Shown in pieces: positions 1 to 13,507 of a stretch of 64,000 nt of DNA (position 1 is its first letter; each line of letters starts with the position of its first letter). The DNA is from Takakia lepidozioides (taxonomy: Eukaryota > Plantae > Bryophyta). The notes beneath the pieces are model-generated. The model searched no databases and was not told the origin of the DNA. It saw nothing but the letters and a program-made list of their open reading frames with translations. The position numbers and the translations under genes are program-made. The stretch is from the NCBI GenBank assembly GCA_030704615.1, contig CM060731.1, positions 11,780,001 to 11,844,000 on the forward strand. Reading direction: 5' to 3'.

Positions 1-2162
1 GACTGTTAAAACCAAGATTTTCAAATTGCGATAATATCAATTCACAAATGTTTTTTTGAAATTTGATCATAATCAACTCTGCATTTATGGTGAGAGAATG
101 CGTCTAATGAAAAAAGATTTGATATTTCAAAAGAATTTAGTCATAAAGGACTTTATGAAAATAGCTATTTTTGAGGCTCAATATAGTACATTATTTTTTT
201 TTAAACTTCATATTTTTGAATGATAGTTTTCATTCCAGATTCCTCATTCTCCAAAGCAAGGTTAAGAGAGTCCCTTTTCTTGACTTTGTTCTAGCTCATA
301 TATTAAAAAAGTCCATAACGTCTTTTTTTATGGACTGTGACAATTCCTTATGGACTTTTTAAAAGTCCATAGTATCTAGAGATTCTGATTTTTGATAATG
401 AGATTTAAAAGTGTGAAAGTATATGTAGATGAGCCTCTATATATTAGTCCCTTTTTATTGATGGCATTGTCATGTAGGAGTATGATAATTTACCACTATT
501 CTATGTCTGGAAAAAACAGTGTTGTGACAACAAAAAATGGACACTGTAGGCTGCAATCACCCAACTGACATGGATCTGTTAACTTTATTTCGTTCAAAAT
601 TGGGCGAAGGAAACACACTGCAACGATGCCGTGTATGGCTTCGCTTTACATGCATTCTTGAAGAAAATGCGCATGATCAGAGAGAAGTGAACACAGTGCT
701 CTGCCAAATAATTCAGCAAAAACAAACTCAACTGTAGTGGTTCTCCCATCGCAGAGAAGGGTCCATTTGACACCCATCGCACCATGCCAGGCTGAGGTCC
801 TCACACACACACCTGCACACCGAGAATTTGCGAACCACATCAGCTGGGAGAACATGGAAATTACCCCGTGGATCACATGCAAGCATGAATGGGAAATGGA
901 AGGAGAATTGCATGGGAGATTTTGGTGTACCTACGCGACGTGCAACTCTGTCTACATACTCCATAAGTCACTGTCCCAAGACCCAAGTGGACAGGGGAGG
1001 CCGGTGAATATGCACCACAAATGGTAGTCATACAGCAGAGGGTATTGCCGCCCAACTCGCAAAAGCCGTCGGCTGCAAGATGCTAGGCATGCGAACTCCG
1101 GCACAGCACGCCTCCTCTACACCCCACTCCGTCCCAACCAGTGCAAAACAACCGTGCATGCATTGACTGCCCTCTAGCTTTCTCTCCAGGCATTTGGGGG
1201 TCTGCGATCTGCTACACGTAAGTGTCTTTGAGACGACGATCAAAGGATCCGGTCACTTGCAGTTGCCGTCTCAAGGGCAGCATTGCAAGAATCACAATTA
1301 AGTAAGAAAGATGGTGGAAGAAGCTGCAAACTGCAAATGAGTGAAGTGGCAGGGCGATGCTCCATTCTTAACATGCTCCCCTTCCCGCCATGGTGATAGA
1401 GCCACACAAATGGACTCCCTCCCCGCCACGGTGCAATTTCAAGGCAACGGAACGGGATTGTCCACCGAAACGTGATTTGGAGAGCGCGGCCGAATCCGTG
1501 ATGGAATTCGACCTTCCAATACATGATTCCTCAATCCGTCTCACTCTTCTGCTGAGGGTGGCGTGGGGCGGACTACCCCCTGCTACAAACTTTTGATCGT
1601 AATGCGATTTTGAGAGAGGAATCAATGCAGCCGGAAATTGTGCAGATGATGACCGACGATGACTGGAGTTCACTGCGCATGGCCTGAGACAAGTGGCACA
1701 GGTTCTGGCCTTCTAGTCGGGTTGTTCACACTTCAATGCACACATTTGATACACATTCGACCATATGCCCAAGATCACGACGTCCTGAATCCTGAAAATT
1801 GAAATTCCACGTACGTCCTCCAATTCCTCACACACACACGAACTGTAGAGGCAGGTGGTTATCGAGAATGTCATTGTTTGAGCCGTTTGGTCATTTCTCT
1901 CAGTGTCTTGTTGAAAGGATTCCAGTTATGATGGGAAGCATCTTGATGGCTTTTAAATGGTTTGCTGTTGAGTGTAACTTTCCATCATGTTCTGGAATCT
2001 ACCAGTTGGTATAAAATATCAACTGTCTTCTCTGCCAAAGGATGTGCGGCTGAACCTTTCAAATTGAGATTGCGGGAGGAGGGAATTGACGGTAGTGAAA
2101 TGGGAGTGGCAGAGCCAACTTGAGGAGTCTCTGCGGAGGAGAATCCGCCCCCCTGCAGCGGC

Positions 2163-5006
2163 GTGCACAAACTGCATTGCAGAGGCTTCCCAACAAAAAT
2201 GACTTCCCCTTGCCCATGCGGAGGACTTCCAATTAATCACCCCTATAGACATAACACCCGGGATGACAGGTTGTGGGAAAGAGAAGTGGCACGTGCTCGA
2301 GCCCTTGGGCTTTCAAGGATGCCATGCCCATGTGAATGTTGTTTGGGCACTACAAGTAGATCTGAGGACGGTGTGCGCACACATCTCCTTCACCACAAAA
2401 GACATGAAGCATTTCGGGTGTGGATTGGAGATGGACCTACAGACTCCGACGACGAGGAGTGGGCACAATTGGACAATGTACACCCCCGGGGGATCCATAC
2501 AGACAGGCCAGACCAGGACTATGTCATGGGCGTAGGACATGAACCAAGCATGGACGGAGGGGTGGAGATTACTCGAATGTTGCAGGAAGCATTCCACATC
2601 ATGGACGATGCTGAAGAGGGGGACGGCGCTGCGACAACTGGGAATGGTGACGACGCAGGAAATGAAGGCATTCAGGTGGGGGAAGGCGTGGAAGGAGGTG
2701 GAGATGGAGATGAGAATTCGACGCACATGACACTAGAAGAAGCATGTGTGCTACTGTACGAGGGATGCAAATCCACAAAGCTTGCTGCCACCATGCTGTT
2801 GATGAACCTGTGCACAACCCATGGTGTCTCAGACCATTTTGTGGACGAGTTGTTCTCTTTGCTTCGGCTGAACTTGCTTCCACAACCAAATGAAATGCCA
2901 AAAAGTTGTCACATGGCCAACAAAATGATTGGGAAGCTCGGCCTCAACTACGTGAAGATACACGCATGTCCAAAAGGACATGTACTTTTCAGAAGAGAGT
3001 ACAAGGACGCTATGGAGTGCCCCAAATGCGGTGCAGCCCGGTACCATGATGTGGGCAGGTTACAACAGCCAGCCAAGGTGTTGAGGCACTTTCCCCTTAT
3101 CCCCCGTCTATTACGAATGTACAAATGCAAGACCATTAGTGAGCTTGTGACTTGGCATTCCAGGAATGCCTCAAACGATGGTTTGGTAAGGCATGTCCCA
3201 GATTCCCTTGCATGGAAGCATATAGATGCAACTTGGCCCGATTTCGCTGAGAACCCACGCAATGTGCGATTGGCTGTATCTACGGATGGAGTAAACCTGT
3301 ACGGATCAAAGAGTTGCACATGGTCCACATGGGCTGTGCAGTTGGTGGCATACAACCTGCCACCATGGTTGACAACAAAGAAATTCTTTGTCATGTTGTC
3401 TCTCTTGATTCCAGGCAAGGAGTCCGTGACAAATGCAAACATAGATGTGTATTTGCAACCATTGATTGAAGAGCTACAGGAACTATGGATTGGAGTTGAA
3501 GCTTACGACATTTTGAAACCAGTAGGGCAACGGAGTTTCACCCTCCGTGCCATACTCATGTGGTCAATCCACGATTTCCCCGCATATGGCCTTGTTGCGG
3601 GTTGCAGGACCAAGGGCTACAAAGGGTGCCCCATTTGTGGGCCCTATGTGGATTCACGGCACTCAAAGCCATTGGGGAAGACAATATACATGGGGCATCG
3701 ACGTTACTTTGCAAGAAACCACCCCTACCGACGAGTAGGAAGACACTTCAATGGATGTGTTGAAAGGAGAATGGCACCAAATGTTGTGACACCGGAGGAG
3801 ACATTGCAATTTGCAAAGGAGAAAGAGGCGTTCATGGAGATTGGAGGGAGAGAAGGAAGTAGTGCGGATCCAGCCATGGAGCACGGGGTGAAGCGCCGGA
3901 CAATCCTTTGGGATTTGCCATACTGGAAGGTGCATGAATTCCCCCCCCCCCCATTCACTCACTTTCTTTCACATTGTGCTTCCTGGAATTACCTTACTGT
4001 CAGGAGTCCTTCCACCAACTCCTAAGTCAGTGTAACTACTATGCAGTAGATGTTGAAGTCATACACCTCACTGTGTAGAGGATTGTGCAGTTGTTGAAAG
4101 CATAACGTAGTAACATGGACAACTTCTTCCACATATTCTACTATTTTTGCCCATAGAACTTGGTCTCATGGGAGGACATGTGGCATTTCAGGACCTCTTG
4201 CAGCGGTACCTCCTGGACCCCATGCATTTTGAAAAGAACTTCTGCGAGAACATTCTGAAGACGATCTTTGGGGAGAAGGATACGATAAATGTACGAAAGG
4301 ACATGGAGATTGAAGGGATACGGTCACATCTGTGGCTAAGGCCTAATCCAAATAGACCTCGCAAAGTGCTCATGCCAGCAGCATCATACGTCCTGACCAA
4401 ATCAGAGCAAGAGCACTTTTTGAAGACATTGGGAGCCATCAAAGTGCCAACCGGATTCTCGGGTGCTTTCCAAAAGCACGCCATGAACAAGAAATGGTCG
4501 GGGATGAAGTCACATGATCTACACGTGATGATGCAGCAGATTTTGCCAGTGTGGGATCCGAGGGACATTACATCGTTGCGTGAGGATGTGGCTATGACCC
4601 TTTGTTTGCTGGAGAAAGAATTCCCTCCATCATTCTTTGACGTCATGACGCACTTACTAGTGCATCTTGTAGAGGAGCTGCATGTGTGTGGGCCCGTAGC
4701 CAGCCATTGGATGTACCCCATGGAGAGGTACATGAAGGATCTAAAGGGGTATGTACGCAACATGGCACGGCCAGAGAGGAGTATGGCGGAGGGCTACATC
4801 CGCGACGAAGCCCTGGGCTTCATGACAGAGTATATGTCTTTATTTGATGCAACACAACGACGGGTGTGGGACGAGAACAAGGCAGAAGGAGTTGTAGGCG
4901 AGGTCCTAGAAGGTGGTGGAACAAAGCGTGCCATGAGCCCACGCCTTCGGGATGTGGCACATGATTATGTGCTGAACAACACAACAACCATGACACCATG
5001 GAGACA
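2163..5006 (+). pseudogene. CACTA/En-Spm transposase (Transposase_21/TnpD-like plus DUF4218 region), 5' half
   Basis: ORF 2163-4025 has CPCECC, HACPKGHVLF..CPKC, RHFPLIPRL, WPDFAENPRNVRLAVSTDG, YNLPPW and DFPAYG..KGYKGCPIC. A GT-AG intron runs about 3930-4191. ORF 4147-5016 has LDPMHFEKN, MKSHDLH, FPPSFFDVMTHLLVHL and WMYPMERYM. There is an apparent short internal deletion near 4550, and the gene breaks off in the intron starting at GT 5007. Confidence 0.92.
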
Positions 5007-5034
5007 GTGGGTGTAAACTAACATCCCTCCTGTG

Positions 5035-5175
5035 TGTCGTGCACCTAAGCATCATGCCACAACATACATTGCTGTCCAACCACACTTTCTGCATATAGTC
5101 CTAGAAAGCCACGCCACAATGATACGGAAATGGTGAAAAGAGGAGAAACCACTCTATCACGTTATATAAGTCAAG
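5035..5175 (-). repeat. Distal piece of the 3' terminal repeat of the DNMT-Gypsy element, inverted
   Basis: 5035-5118 is a near-identical reverse complement of 60324-60408. 5167-5175 (taagtcaag) is the reverse complement of 60703-60711 (cttgactta). Confidence 0.8.
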
Positions 5176-5385
5176 GGGGGCTGCTATTTCATAAGCGGCA
5201 TGAGCATGAGCGGAAAAAAAAAAAACATGAGCGGGCCGAATTGTGTCCACGGAAATAGGGTTAGGAGGCACGGAAATAGGGTCATGTGGACTCATCATAG
5301 CAATGAAATGCAACATTTTATTGCAAATTTGGTGGCAAGCCACGTCTATACAAGTGTGTCCTAACTGTCATAGCAGGAATAGGAA

Positions 5386-8300
5386 CTACTCTCCTACACC
5401 TTCCGAGGAACTTGGCCCTCCTTCTTCCTCATCCCCCTCATCCCCCCCATCCTCCGAGCTCTGTGATGCATCGGTTGCAGTATGCCTCTCAAAAATGCCG
5501 TCCTCTCCTTGGGGGACTATCCACCTCACCTCCTGGGAATCTTCTGCCTCTTCTCCCCCACTTTCCTCAGCAGAATCCAACACAAATCTACGAGCCCGAC
5601 GGGCTCTAATAGCTGTTGCCTCCTCCCTCATCTTCATTTTCTTGAGGCTTGCCTCGTCTAAATCTGCTGTACACGACTAGGTTCGGAACACCTCCTAATG
5701 GACACCGAAGCAAGCCGGGCAGCATAAGTAGGAAGGATGTAGCCCCTTTCTGGACTAGGCATGAAATCCCCCCTGCCAAAAAAAGGCACGTTCCTCCTGC
5801 CCATGAACTCCGGTGTAGACGCCCCTCCTGCCGTACTTGGCATCCTACAGTAAGAACAAATCCACTTCAAGAATGTCAATACCAGCAGAAGCAGAAAGGG
5901 TTTTCAATGAAATAAGAGAGCAAAGGGAGGTGCCTCACGAAATCTGGAGGCAACTTACAATGCGACCACTCACTCGTACACCGGGGGCTCCTCGGCCTCG
6001 ATCCCAACTTGTTCCTCCCCCTGCTCCTTCTCGGATTTTTCCTCATCCTCCGAGGATGCCTCTTCCTCTTTCGGCAGACGTTCAGCCGCTGGAAGTTCCG
6101 AGTTGTGGAGGGCAGTATCTGGCTCGAAGGCGAACACATGCTTGTCGGACAACGTCCCTGCCCACATTGAAGCACCTGAGGAACAAAGCGGGCGGTTAAT
6201 AGCTTGCGGCATGCAATTGCAATCGGGCCAGGGGACAAACTGAGCACGTGAAGGCTTACCCGTGCCGCATGTGAGGTCCAGAATCCGCCCTTGGACATCC
6301 GAGCACGTCTCCATGAGGGTTTGGATGAAAGCAGGGCTCCGGGTCCGGCTGTACCGCCACGGTTTGCCTGTCTTTGTGTCCTTCGGCATACTGGAGTGGG
6401 GCACATAGTTGTAGAGGACATCGTAGGTAACAGGGTCCACAGCGGCATCAACAAGACGACCGTTGTTGCGGAATTTGAACGTAGACCCTCTCTTCACAAA
6501 GCAATATGCCTCAAACACCAATGTCTGCACATCCAACAAAATAGGGATCAACTCCGGGATCTTGTTTAGATACACCACAACATGAGGTGAATGCAATAGA
6601 TTGATAACTTACACTTTGGCCCTCTGTTCGCAACCCCTGTGTATTGATGCAGAACCATTTTCTGAGGAGGACCGGGGTGACACTTTTCGGTGTCCACCTT
6701 GCCACCGCATTCTTTGTGGTCTTCCCTCTTGTGGCAAGGATAACCACACATCCATCGTCATCCAGAAGCATCCCCGCCAGCCCAAACCCGGCTTTCCAGT
6801 AGTCCTCAGTAAACCTGTTCCAGGTGGGCACACCATCCAGGCCCTCCAGCAGCTCCCCATCTGGAATGTCAAGGAGAATCATGTCGCAAGCTCTCTCCAC
6901 CTCAACCCCCCCCCCGAGTGCTCTTGCAATCTGTGCTCACAGCCGTGAAGAATTCCATCATGGCTTCAAAACCAGGGGTGTCTTTAGGCTCTGTACCGGC
7001 AGCCCTCTTCTTGGCTTTCCCCTTCTGCTCCGCCAGAGACTTGTTGTGTGCCACCTTCTTCGCCCTGGCAGCGAGAGCATCAAAGAAGCTCTCATTGCCG
7101 CATTGGATGATGGTTGGAGGTTCTAGCTTTGGCCTGTGCATAAACGTCACCGCCGAATACCGCCGTGTAGGCTCGCCCTCAAATGCCAACTTCTTGGCAG
7201 AGCCAGTCCCACTCCGAACTGACTTGGGAACCCGGACGACCGGTGACTGGGTAGCAGCAACAGCAGTCGCAGGACCTTGAACAAAGTCGTCGTCCGAGTC
7301 ACTCTCTTGGGTCCCCTCCTGCGCCTGCTCCGATGCCCCGATGGTTTTCTGTTTTTTGGGTGTTACTACACTCACCTGTTTCCTTGTCCTTTTCCTTTGG
7401 CCTTTACTCTTCTCATTCAATTTCTCCTTAATTCCTGCCTGAGCAAGCTCTACCGCTTTCCTGGAGTTCGCAAGCGCTTTTGCCTCTTTTGGACCCAGCG
7501 GAGGCAGCGGAGCCCGGTTTCGTCGGGCCTCAGCATCCAGCTTCAATTGAAACTCGGATGGGTCGAGCATGCCGGGCGGAAGGTCCACATACCAAGGGAA
7601 ATCACGCAAATGTTCCAGATGCCACTCCTTCACAATATCGTCAGTGTACATGGAGTCAGCCCCGAGGTTCCTCCATGCCAGGAAGAATGGTGGCTCGAAA
7701 GACATATGACCTTTCTCCAAAGGGGAGAACTTGCAGTGCCTGCATTCATGAAAAACACAATGAGGTCCCTGAACTGCAAATTCGGCACCATTTTCCCAGG
7801 TTGGGGCGGATCTGAGTGGGCCTAGAAATGGAAAAATGGCGCCGAATTTCGGTTTTCGGTGACTGCCACCCTAGGGACTTAGCCATCTTGGGAACCCTGA
7901 ATTGGAAATTCGGCGCCATTTTTCCCGGTTTGGCCCGAAGATGGCTAAGTCCCAGAACGGCAATAGGGCCTAGAAATGAAAAAATGGCGCCGAATTTCCA
8001 GTTCAGGGCCAGCCACCCTAGGGACTTAGCCATTTTTGGAGCCCTGACTGGAAATTCGGCGCCATTTTCCCAGGTCCGGCCCGCATATGGCTGTCCCACA
8101 AGGGCAATAGGGCCCAGAACTGGAAAAATGGCGCCGAATTTCCAGTTCAGGGCCAGCCACCCTAGGGACTTAGCCATTTTCGGAGCCCTGACTGGAAATT
8201 CGGCGCCATTTTCCCAGGTCCGGCCCGAAAATGGCTAAGTCCCACAAGGGCAATAGGGCCCAGAACTGGAAAAATGGCGCCGAATTTCCAGTTTAGGGCC

Positions 8301-10560
8301 AGCCACCCTAGGGACTTAGCCATTTTCGGAGCCCTGACTGGAAATTCGGCGCCATTTTCCCAGGTCCGGCCCGAAAATGGCTAAGTCCCAAATGGCCTTG
8401 ACCTGGAAAAATGGCGCCGAATTTCCAGTTCAGGGCCAACCACCCTAGGGACTTAGCCATTTTCGGAGCCCTGATCTGGAAATTCGGCGAAAAATGCAAG
8501 GACTATAAGGAAGGCATCGCGTATGTACCTGTACAGAAGGCGCATTGCTGCTTTGTCTGCGTTCGGCTGGTCGGTGAACTCGTGGCTCCGGCGGGCATGT
8601 GGTATCTCCCGAAAGAATAGGTCGGTTTTGTAGAGCAGAAAGTACCTCGTCACATAGTCGCGTAGGCTCTCTGCTGCAAGAGAAATCTCCATCTTGAACT
8701 GATGTGCTTGTGTGTCCAGCTGCTCTTGCGCATTCGTCGTCACATGTGGAGATTCTCCATCAGATCGCATTGCTGAAAAAATACAATGAATCCACCCCCT
8801 ACAAGAGTAGAAGTGCCAAACGAAGCGTGGGGAAGTACCTGAAACCACCATGTCATGCGGTTCATCCACATGTCGAATGTGGGGTCAGACAGTTTGTCCG
8901 GTTTGGGGAATCTCCACATGTCCCTTATACTTTGGGAACCATTCCAGATTTGGAGCCACCGGGTCTGTCCAACCACCCAGCATATTCGTAAGCGCCAAAC
9001 ACCACAAAAACGAGTTGTTGCCACCACAATTTGGTTAAGAATGTATCACCTTTTCTACACCATCCACACAAGATGTGGCTAGACGATGGAGCTTCTCCAA
9101 TGTCATCGTGGGCTTCAGAGCGCGGGAGTAGTGCTTCCCTACCTCCACCAGAAAGTCGGCACCAAGGGCGGGATCAGCTATGGCCACGTACTTTATCATC
9201 CGCGACTTGTACTTTATGCGGGCCCTCACCTCCGCAGCTTTGAGATACGATTCGAGTGCCGGGAGGGTTAGATTCTTCTCCTCTGACTCAATGTAGAACC
9301 TCCACGCATGTGCCAAATCCTGCTGAATTTTCGTCTGTCAAGAATGCGCACATTAGATTAGAGATCCTGCTCAACACTTTTTCTTTTATTGGGGGAGGAG
9401 AGACAGATTAGCTCAACAAAACAGTCAGGAGCTTTACCCGAAATATATAGTCCACCATGGCGTCCATGCTCAGCCTATACCAGGTTCTGTCTGCCTTTGC
9501 CTCCGACTTGCGCAGGAGGTCGGCACTGAGCGAATTGGCAAACTCTTGCGCGCCCTGCTTCCCGACATCCTTCACTCGGAAGAGCATATGGGACAAGTTG
9601 GTGGCAATGAAGGCATTCTCAGTCACCCTGCAATGCCACATTTCCATCAAACAATTCTGAAATGGGAATTTACAACAAATATGAGGATTCGCAATGAAAT
9701 GACTTACAATCGGATGGGTCCAAAAGCAAGAGGCGTTGTAACTTACGAGTTGATGTCCGCCATTGCAGCTATGAGAAGACTGCGATCTTTAGGCCCCGCA
9801 ACCTTCAGCACAACACACTCCACGGCGAAATGCCAATCGAGGTCGTTGGGGTGGGCTTCGGCTATGTGCTCCATCCATGCCAGGAGGCGATGATTGCCGT
9901 CCCACACGTAAAACATCTTTCCGGACAAGTGCTGGAAAAGAGGATCAGTAACAATCGATCTCTCGAACTCCTCATTTCGCCTTTGCCAATGGGGACCCCA
10001 TTTGTCCACCTCATCGGAAGTGTGGGCATGGGAAGCTCCGTGGTCGTTCTCAATGGAAACGTAAAACGCGGCAAACCCCATTCGATATCCATCCCGGAAA
10101 GAGAATTTCAGCTTGTCGATATCGCCTGGGAGGGCAGGTCTCACCACCTGCAAAGACACCAAGCGGCAAAGGGGAATTCGAAGCTTGGCCGGGTACACCA
10201 TGCCCCCCAGCACCCTGCCAATGTTGCTGTGGGTTGCCTCCAACATCTTGGCAGCGGCCAACTTCATATCCGCCTCGGACATGACCGCTGCTGCAGAGGG
10301 GTTCTCCGGCAGCCCACCAGGACCGCCAAATCCAGCCTGTATGCTGCGGGTTTGGGGCCTGGGGATGTCCGGGAGGATGTCATCCTGGTCAGAAAGCTCG
10401 GTGTTGTCCTCCTCAACATGGTGAACCACCGGCGAAACCACCTCGAGCACTCTCCCTGTCTTTATTGCCATCTCCCCGTCTTCACCTCGAACTTGCACAA
10501 TCCGTGCTCTTTGTGGTGTTCTTTCATCTCCTCCACTCTCCACCGTATGGGTAATTGCGG
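5386..10560 (-). pseudogene. 5'-truncated copy of the ParB-like/N4-N6 methyltransferase-fold cargo gene
   Basis: Exon ORFs 9743-10567 (YVWDGNHRLLAW), 9408-9650, 9035-9316, 6902-7720, 6511-6900 (DMILLDIPDG) and 5970-6596 (GRILDLTCGTG) match copy B. A G10 run at 6906-6915 causes a frameshift. Confidence 0.85.
7770..8495. repeat. Intronic tandem repeat (units of roughly 100-130 bp) with AATTCGGCGCC and GGGACTTAGCCATTTT motifs
   Basis: Repeats are directly visible and homologous to 45460-46265. Confidence 0.9.
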
Positions 10561-11312
10561 ACAACATAGGAACTAGTGTGATAAGTTGTGTTTGGTGTTT
10601 CCTAGAACAAATCTAGGCTACGGGTATCAGCTGCAAGTCAAGGATGTACGCATCTGTTCTGCAGATGCAATGATACCTGAAGGAGCAGGGATGGAGTGTG
10701 GGTCCACATTCATCCAAGAGGGCCAGATTTCAAGCACAAGATTACCTATGATTCCCTGTGGATCAATAGCGGCAACAAACCTGCATGGGTAGATGGTCAA
10801 GTGGAAGCGCAACACCAGCCGGCTCATATCTGGAAATCAGGCACTGCTAATGAAGGCACCACACCGCGTTCAACACATTTCAGGCGCTTTTCCCCTCTTA
10901 TCAAAATTGGCCCTAAAATTTCATGTTCAATTCTGCAAGTTTGCTACTTCAGTTAATCTTTGATAGTTTGGAGTGACTTTGAAGTGATGATGCCAATGTG
11001 ACAACAAGAAAGTGAAGGGAAACATGTAACACAGACGACGTCGAAGCTGTGGAATGACTGCTTTTCTGACCCTGGCAGGCAATGGTGGGTCAACCGAGGC
11101 AAAAGGGTAAATGCACATTGAAATACAGAAAGTAGCACATATCCATTGAGCATAGGAACTAGTGTGATGAGTCTGAATTGGGTTTTTCCTAGAACAAATG
11201 AAGGCAGTCATTGTCAGCTGCTAGCACCAAGGCAAGCATGTATGCATGATTTCTGCATAGCATGGATAGCTGAAGGTGCAGAGATAGAGTTTGGATCCAG
11301 ATTCATCCAAGA
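10561..11312 (+). pseudogene. Degenerate OSB-type PDF-motif exon/intron repeats
   Basis: ORF 10696 reads HPRGPDFKHKITYDSLWINSGNKPAWVDGQ, and a LWNDCFSDP..WW-type exon lies near 11045-11105. The same intron sequence recurs at 17030, 30960 and 32390. Confidence 0.7.
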
Positions 11313-12129
11313 AATGTACTGGGAATGCAGATTTGAATATGATGGCGTGCTGCATCGCGACATAAACCTGCATTTGACATTCAGGCTTAGGATTCATGCA
11401 ATTTGGTGCTGGTCAGGCCTGCACAGTTCCTCCGCAGAAGTGGGAGCCCATCCGAGGGATGGGGACCTTGTAAGTGCTTCTTCATTTTGTACTCACCTTG
11501 TTTTTGCATCACACTTGTGCTGCAAGGGGCAGAGCCATTCATTTGGCTAGAGGTTCAATTCCTCTGCAAGTGAGCTATTCCCGTGTCACTACAATCAGTT
11601 AGATGTGTTTGTGGTGGTTGCTGGATTTGCGGCTTTGGGTGGTCTTGCCAAGTGCTTGCAGGGATCAACGTTAATGTGGACGTGGCAGTACATGTAGCAA
11701 AAAAAATCCTTCACTGGTGAAGAAGACCATGCTGCAACATATGTCATGCTATTGCTTCGAGCAATGGTGAGAAGGAAAGCAAAGGAAGCACGAAAAGGTG
11801 CCATCCGGTCCTGCTCCTTTGGAGACACCCCCCATTCCATTGGTCTTTGTTCCTGAAAGCATGCAGATGTGCCAGAAAAGGCATGCACACATTCACGTCG
11901 ACTTCTCGTACATGAGAACAATCCTCTCCTCACATGTCGGAAACAATATTGGCAAGTAAATATAGGTTTGTTCAGAAGACAGTACGGACCACATTCCGGG
12001 ACATTATCGATATGATTAACTGTCTCGCCCTTGCGCACTTGCAGGACTGTACAAAATGGGTTCTAAGGACCGTAAGAGTCCTTAGCACAGCTCTCGTCTA
12101 CAAGCTGCTAGCTTAATGGACACTGAGAT

Positions 12130-13015
12130 TCAGCTGGGCGCACTGTCCGTATCCGAAGAATCTTCCCCTTCACTGCCCACATCTGCAATTTGCCTTGCGG
12201 TAATTACCAACCCTGGAATGTCTTCCTCATTAAAGGTAATTGCTCCTTCCAAAGAGACTGGTTCGGCCGTATCTGGTAGATTTTGTGGTTCCCTCAGACC
12301 CTCGTGGTCTGCATTCTCCCCTAGGTCCAGATCATGGACGTCGGCCACGACTCGTTTGGCCCGGGGGTCCTTGTGAAGAACCACCTTCCATCTCGGCGCA
12401 TGGGTGTCATCTGAAAAGAAAACTTGCTCAACTTGCGATGGGAAGATGAATGGTTCTTCATCTGGTGGTAGCATTTTTCTGAAATCAGCAAGGGGGAACC
12501 CGTACTCATCCCGTTTCATGGTGGCATTCTCTCCCACCATATTGGCTTTTACCCAAGAACAACGGAATAGAATTGGCTTCACAAGACCATAGTCTAGTTT
12601 AAGGATCTCTTTGATGATTCATACATATTGCACAGGGCATGAAATTGGATTCCGATCTCGTGCACAACTCCTACTCTCTTGTTCAAAAAATGATGCTTCT
12701 CCGCTGTCATAAGTCACCAAGAGGCTAGTGTTGGCATCGTCCACTCTATAATGATTGCCATATGCTTTCATTGAGCGGTACGAAGTGGCAATCAGCCCCG
12801 GGGGGAATGACAGACTCACCATGCCCTGATCTGGGTCCTCGTTCTCAGATGCGTACACTGCAACTGCAGATGTGACCCACACTACAAAGGGCTGCAGCTC
12901 CTCCATTGTTGTGGGGTACTCCAACGGGGATCTGCGCCTACGATCGGCCCTCCGCCATGCTTTTGCAAATGCACACCGTTCCGTTTTCAAGCGGACCTTC
13001 TCCGCTGCGTACTTT
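12130..13015 (-). pseudogene. CACTA transposase 3' half (DUF4216-like region)
   Basis: Motifs YRSMKAYGNHYRV, TYDSG, PILFRCSWV and EPFIFPSQVEQVFFSDD..WKVV. An in-frame TGA at 12619-12621 joins the two ORFs. The AG acceptor at 13017-13016 is phase-compatible with the donor at 5007 (PWRQ|KYAAEK). Confidence 0.85.
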
Positions 13016-13507
13016 CTGGCAGAAACCAAATAGAACACTAGAAGCATTCATGTCTTTTCCGAATCGACTGGGTGTCCGCCAACCACTCCGGGAACCACTT
13101 GGCAGTAAGCGGGACTACTAGAGAGTCGAAACGGACAAGGTTGGCCCACAGGGGCATTTCAGATGGCAGGCAGAAGTGGGGTCAACGACTCCGGAGTCGT
13201 AGCAAAAATCCGGGCTATTTAATTAATTGCATAAATACATAAAATTTGAAAAAGTGAAAATTAGAAGTGGTTCTAATTACTGCACATGCGACTAGAAATT
13301 TTTCATTCATAATTTGATTAATGGAATAAAGATATTTATTCATTAAAGTGAATATGTAGTCGACTCAACGATTCCATGAACCACTGCGTATTGATTGCAC
13401 CCGTGATTGGGGGCCACATTTGCTGACGTGTGTTTCACAAAAACAGGTAAAGAAAATGTGGCCTTGGGAATATATATTTTAATATGTACTGCCTCCACCT
13501 GGAAGTG

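Larger units (their letters stand above)
5176..10560 (-). mobile_element. Mutator-like element copy A, cargo-side arm (truncated)
   Basis: Starts with the TIR GGGGGCTGCTATTTCAT at 5176. It is colinear with and highly similar to the reverse complement of 43368-48877, and similarity ends abruptly at 10560. Confidence 0.92.

Noticed and set aside
537-2014. Short Cys-rich ORFs upstream of the CACTA transposase (for example GGNTLCCMTTIC)
   Set aside because: No complete PHD or zinc-finger spacing and no coherent gene model.
11587-11598. CACTACAATCAG as the 3' TIR of the CACTA element
   Set aside because: Position and orientation fit, but I found no matching 5' TIR upstream of 2163 and no subterminal repeats.
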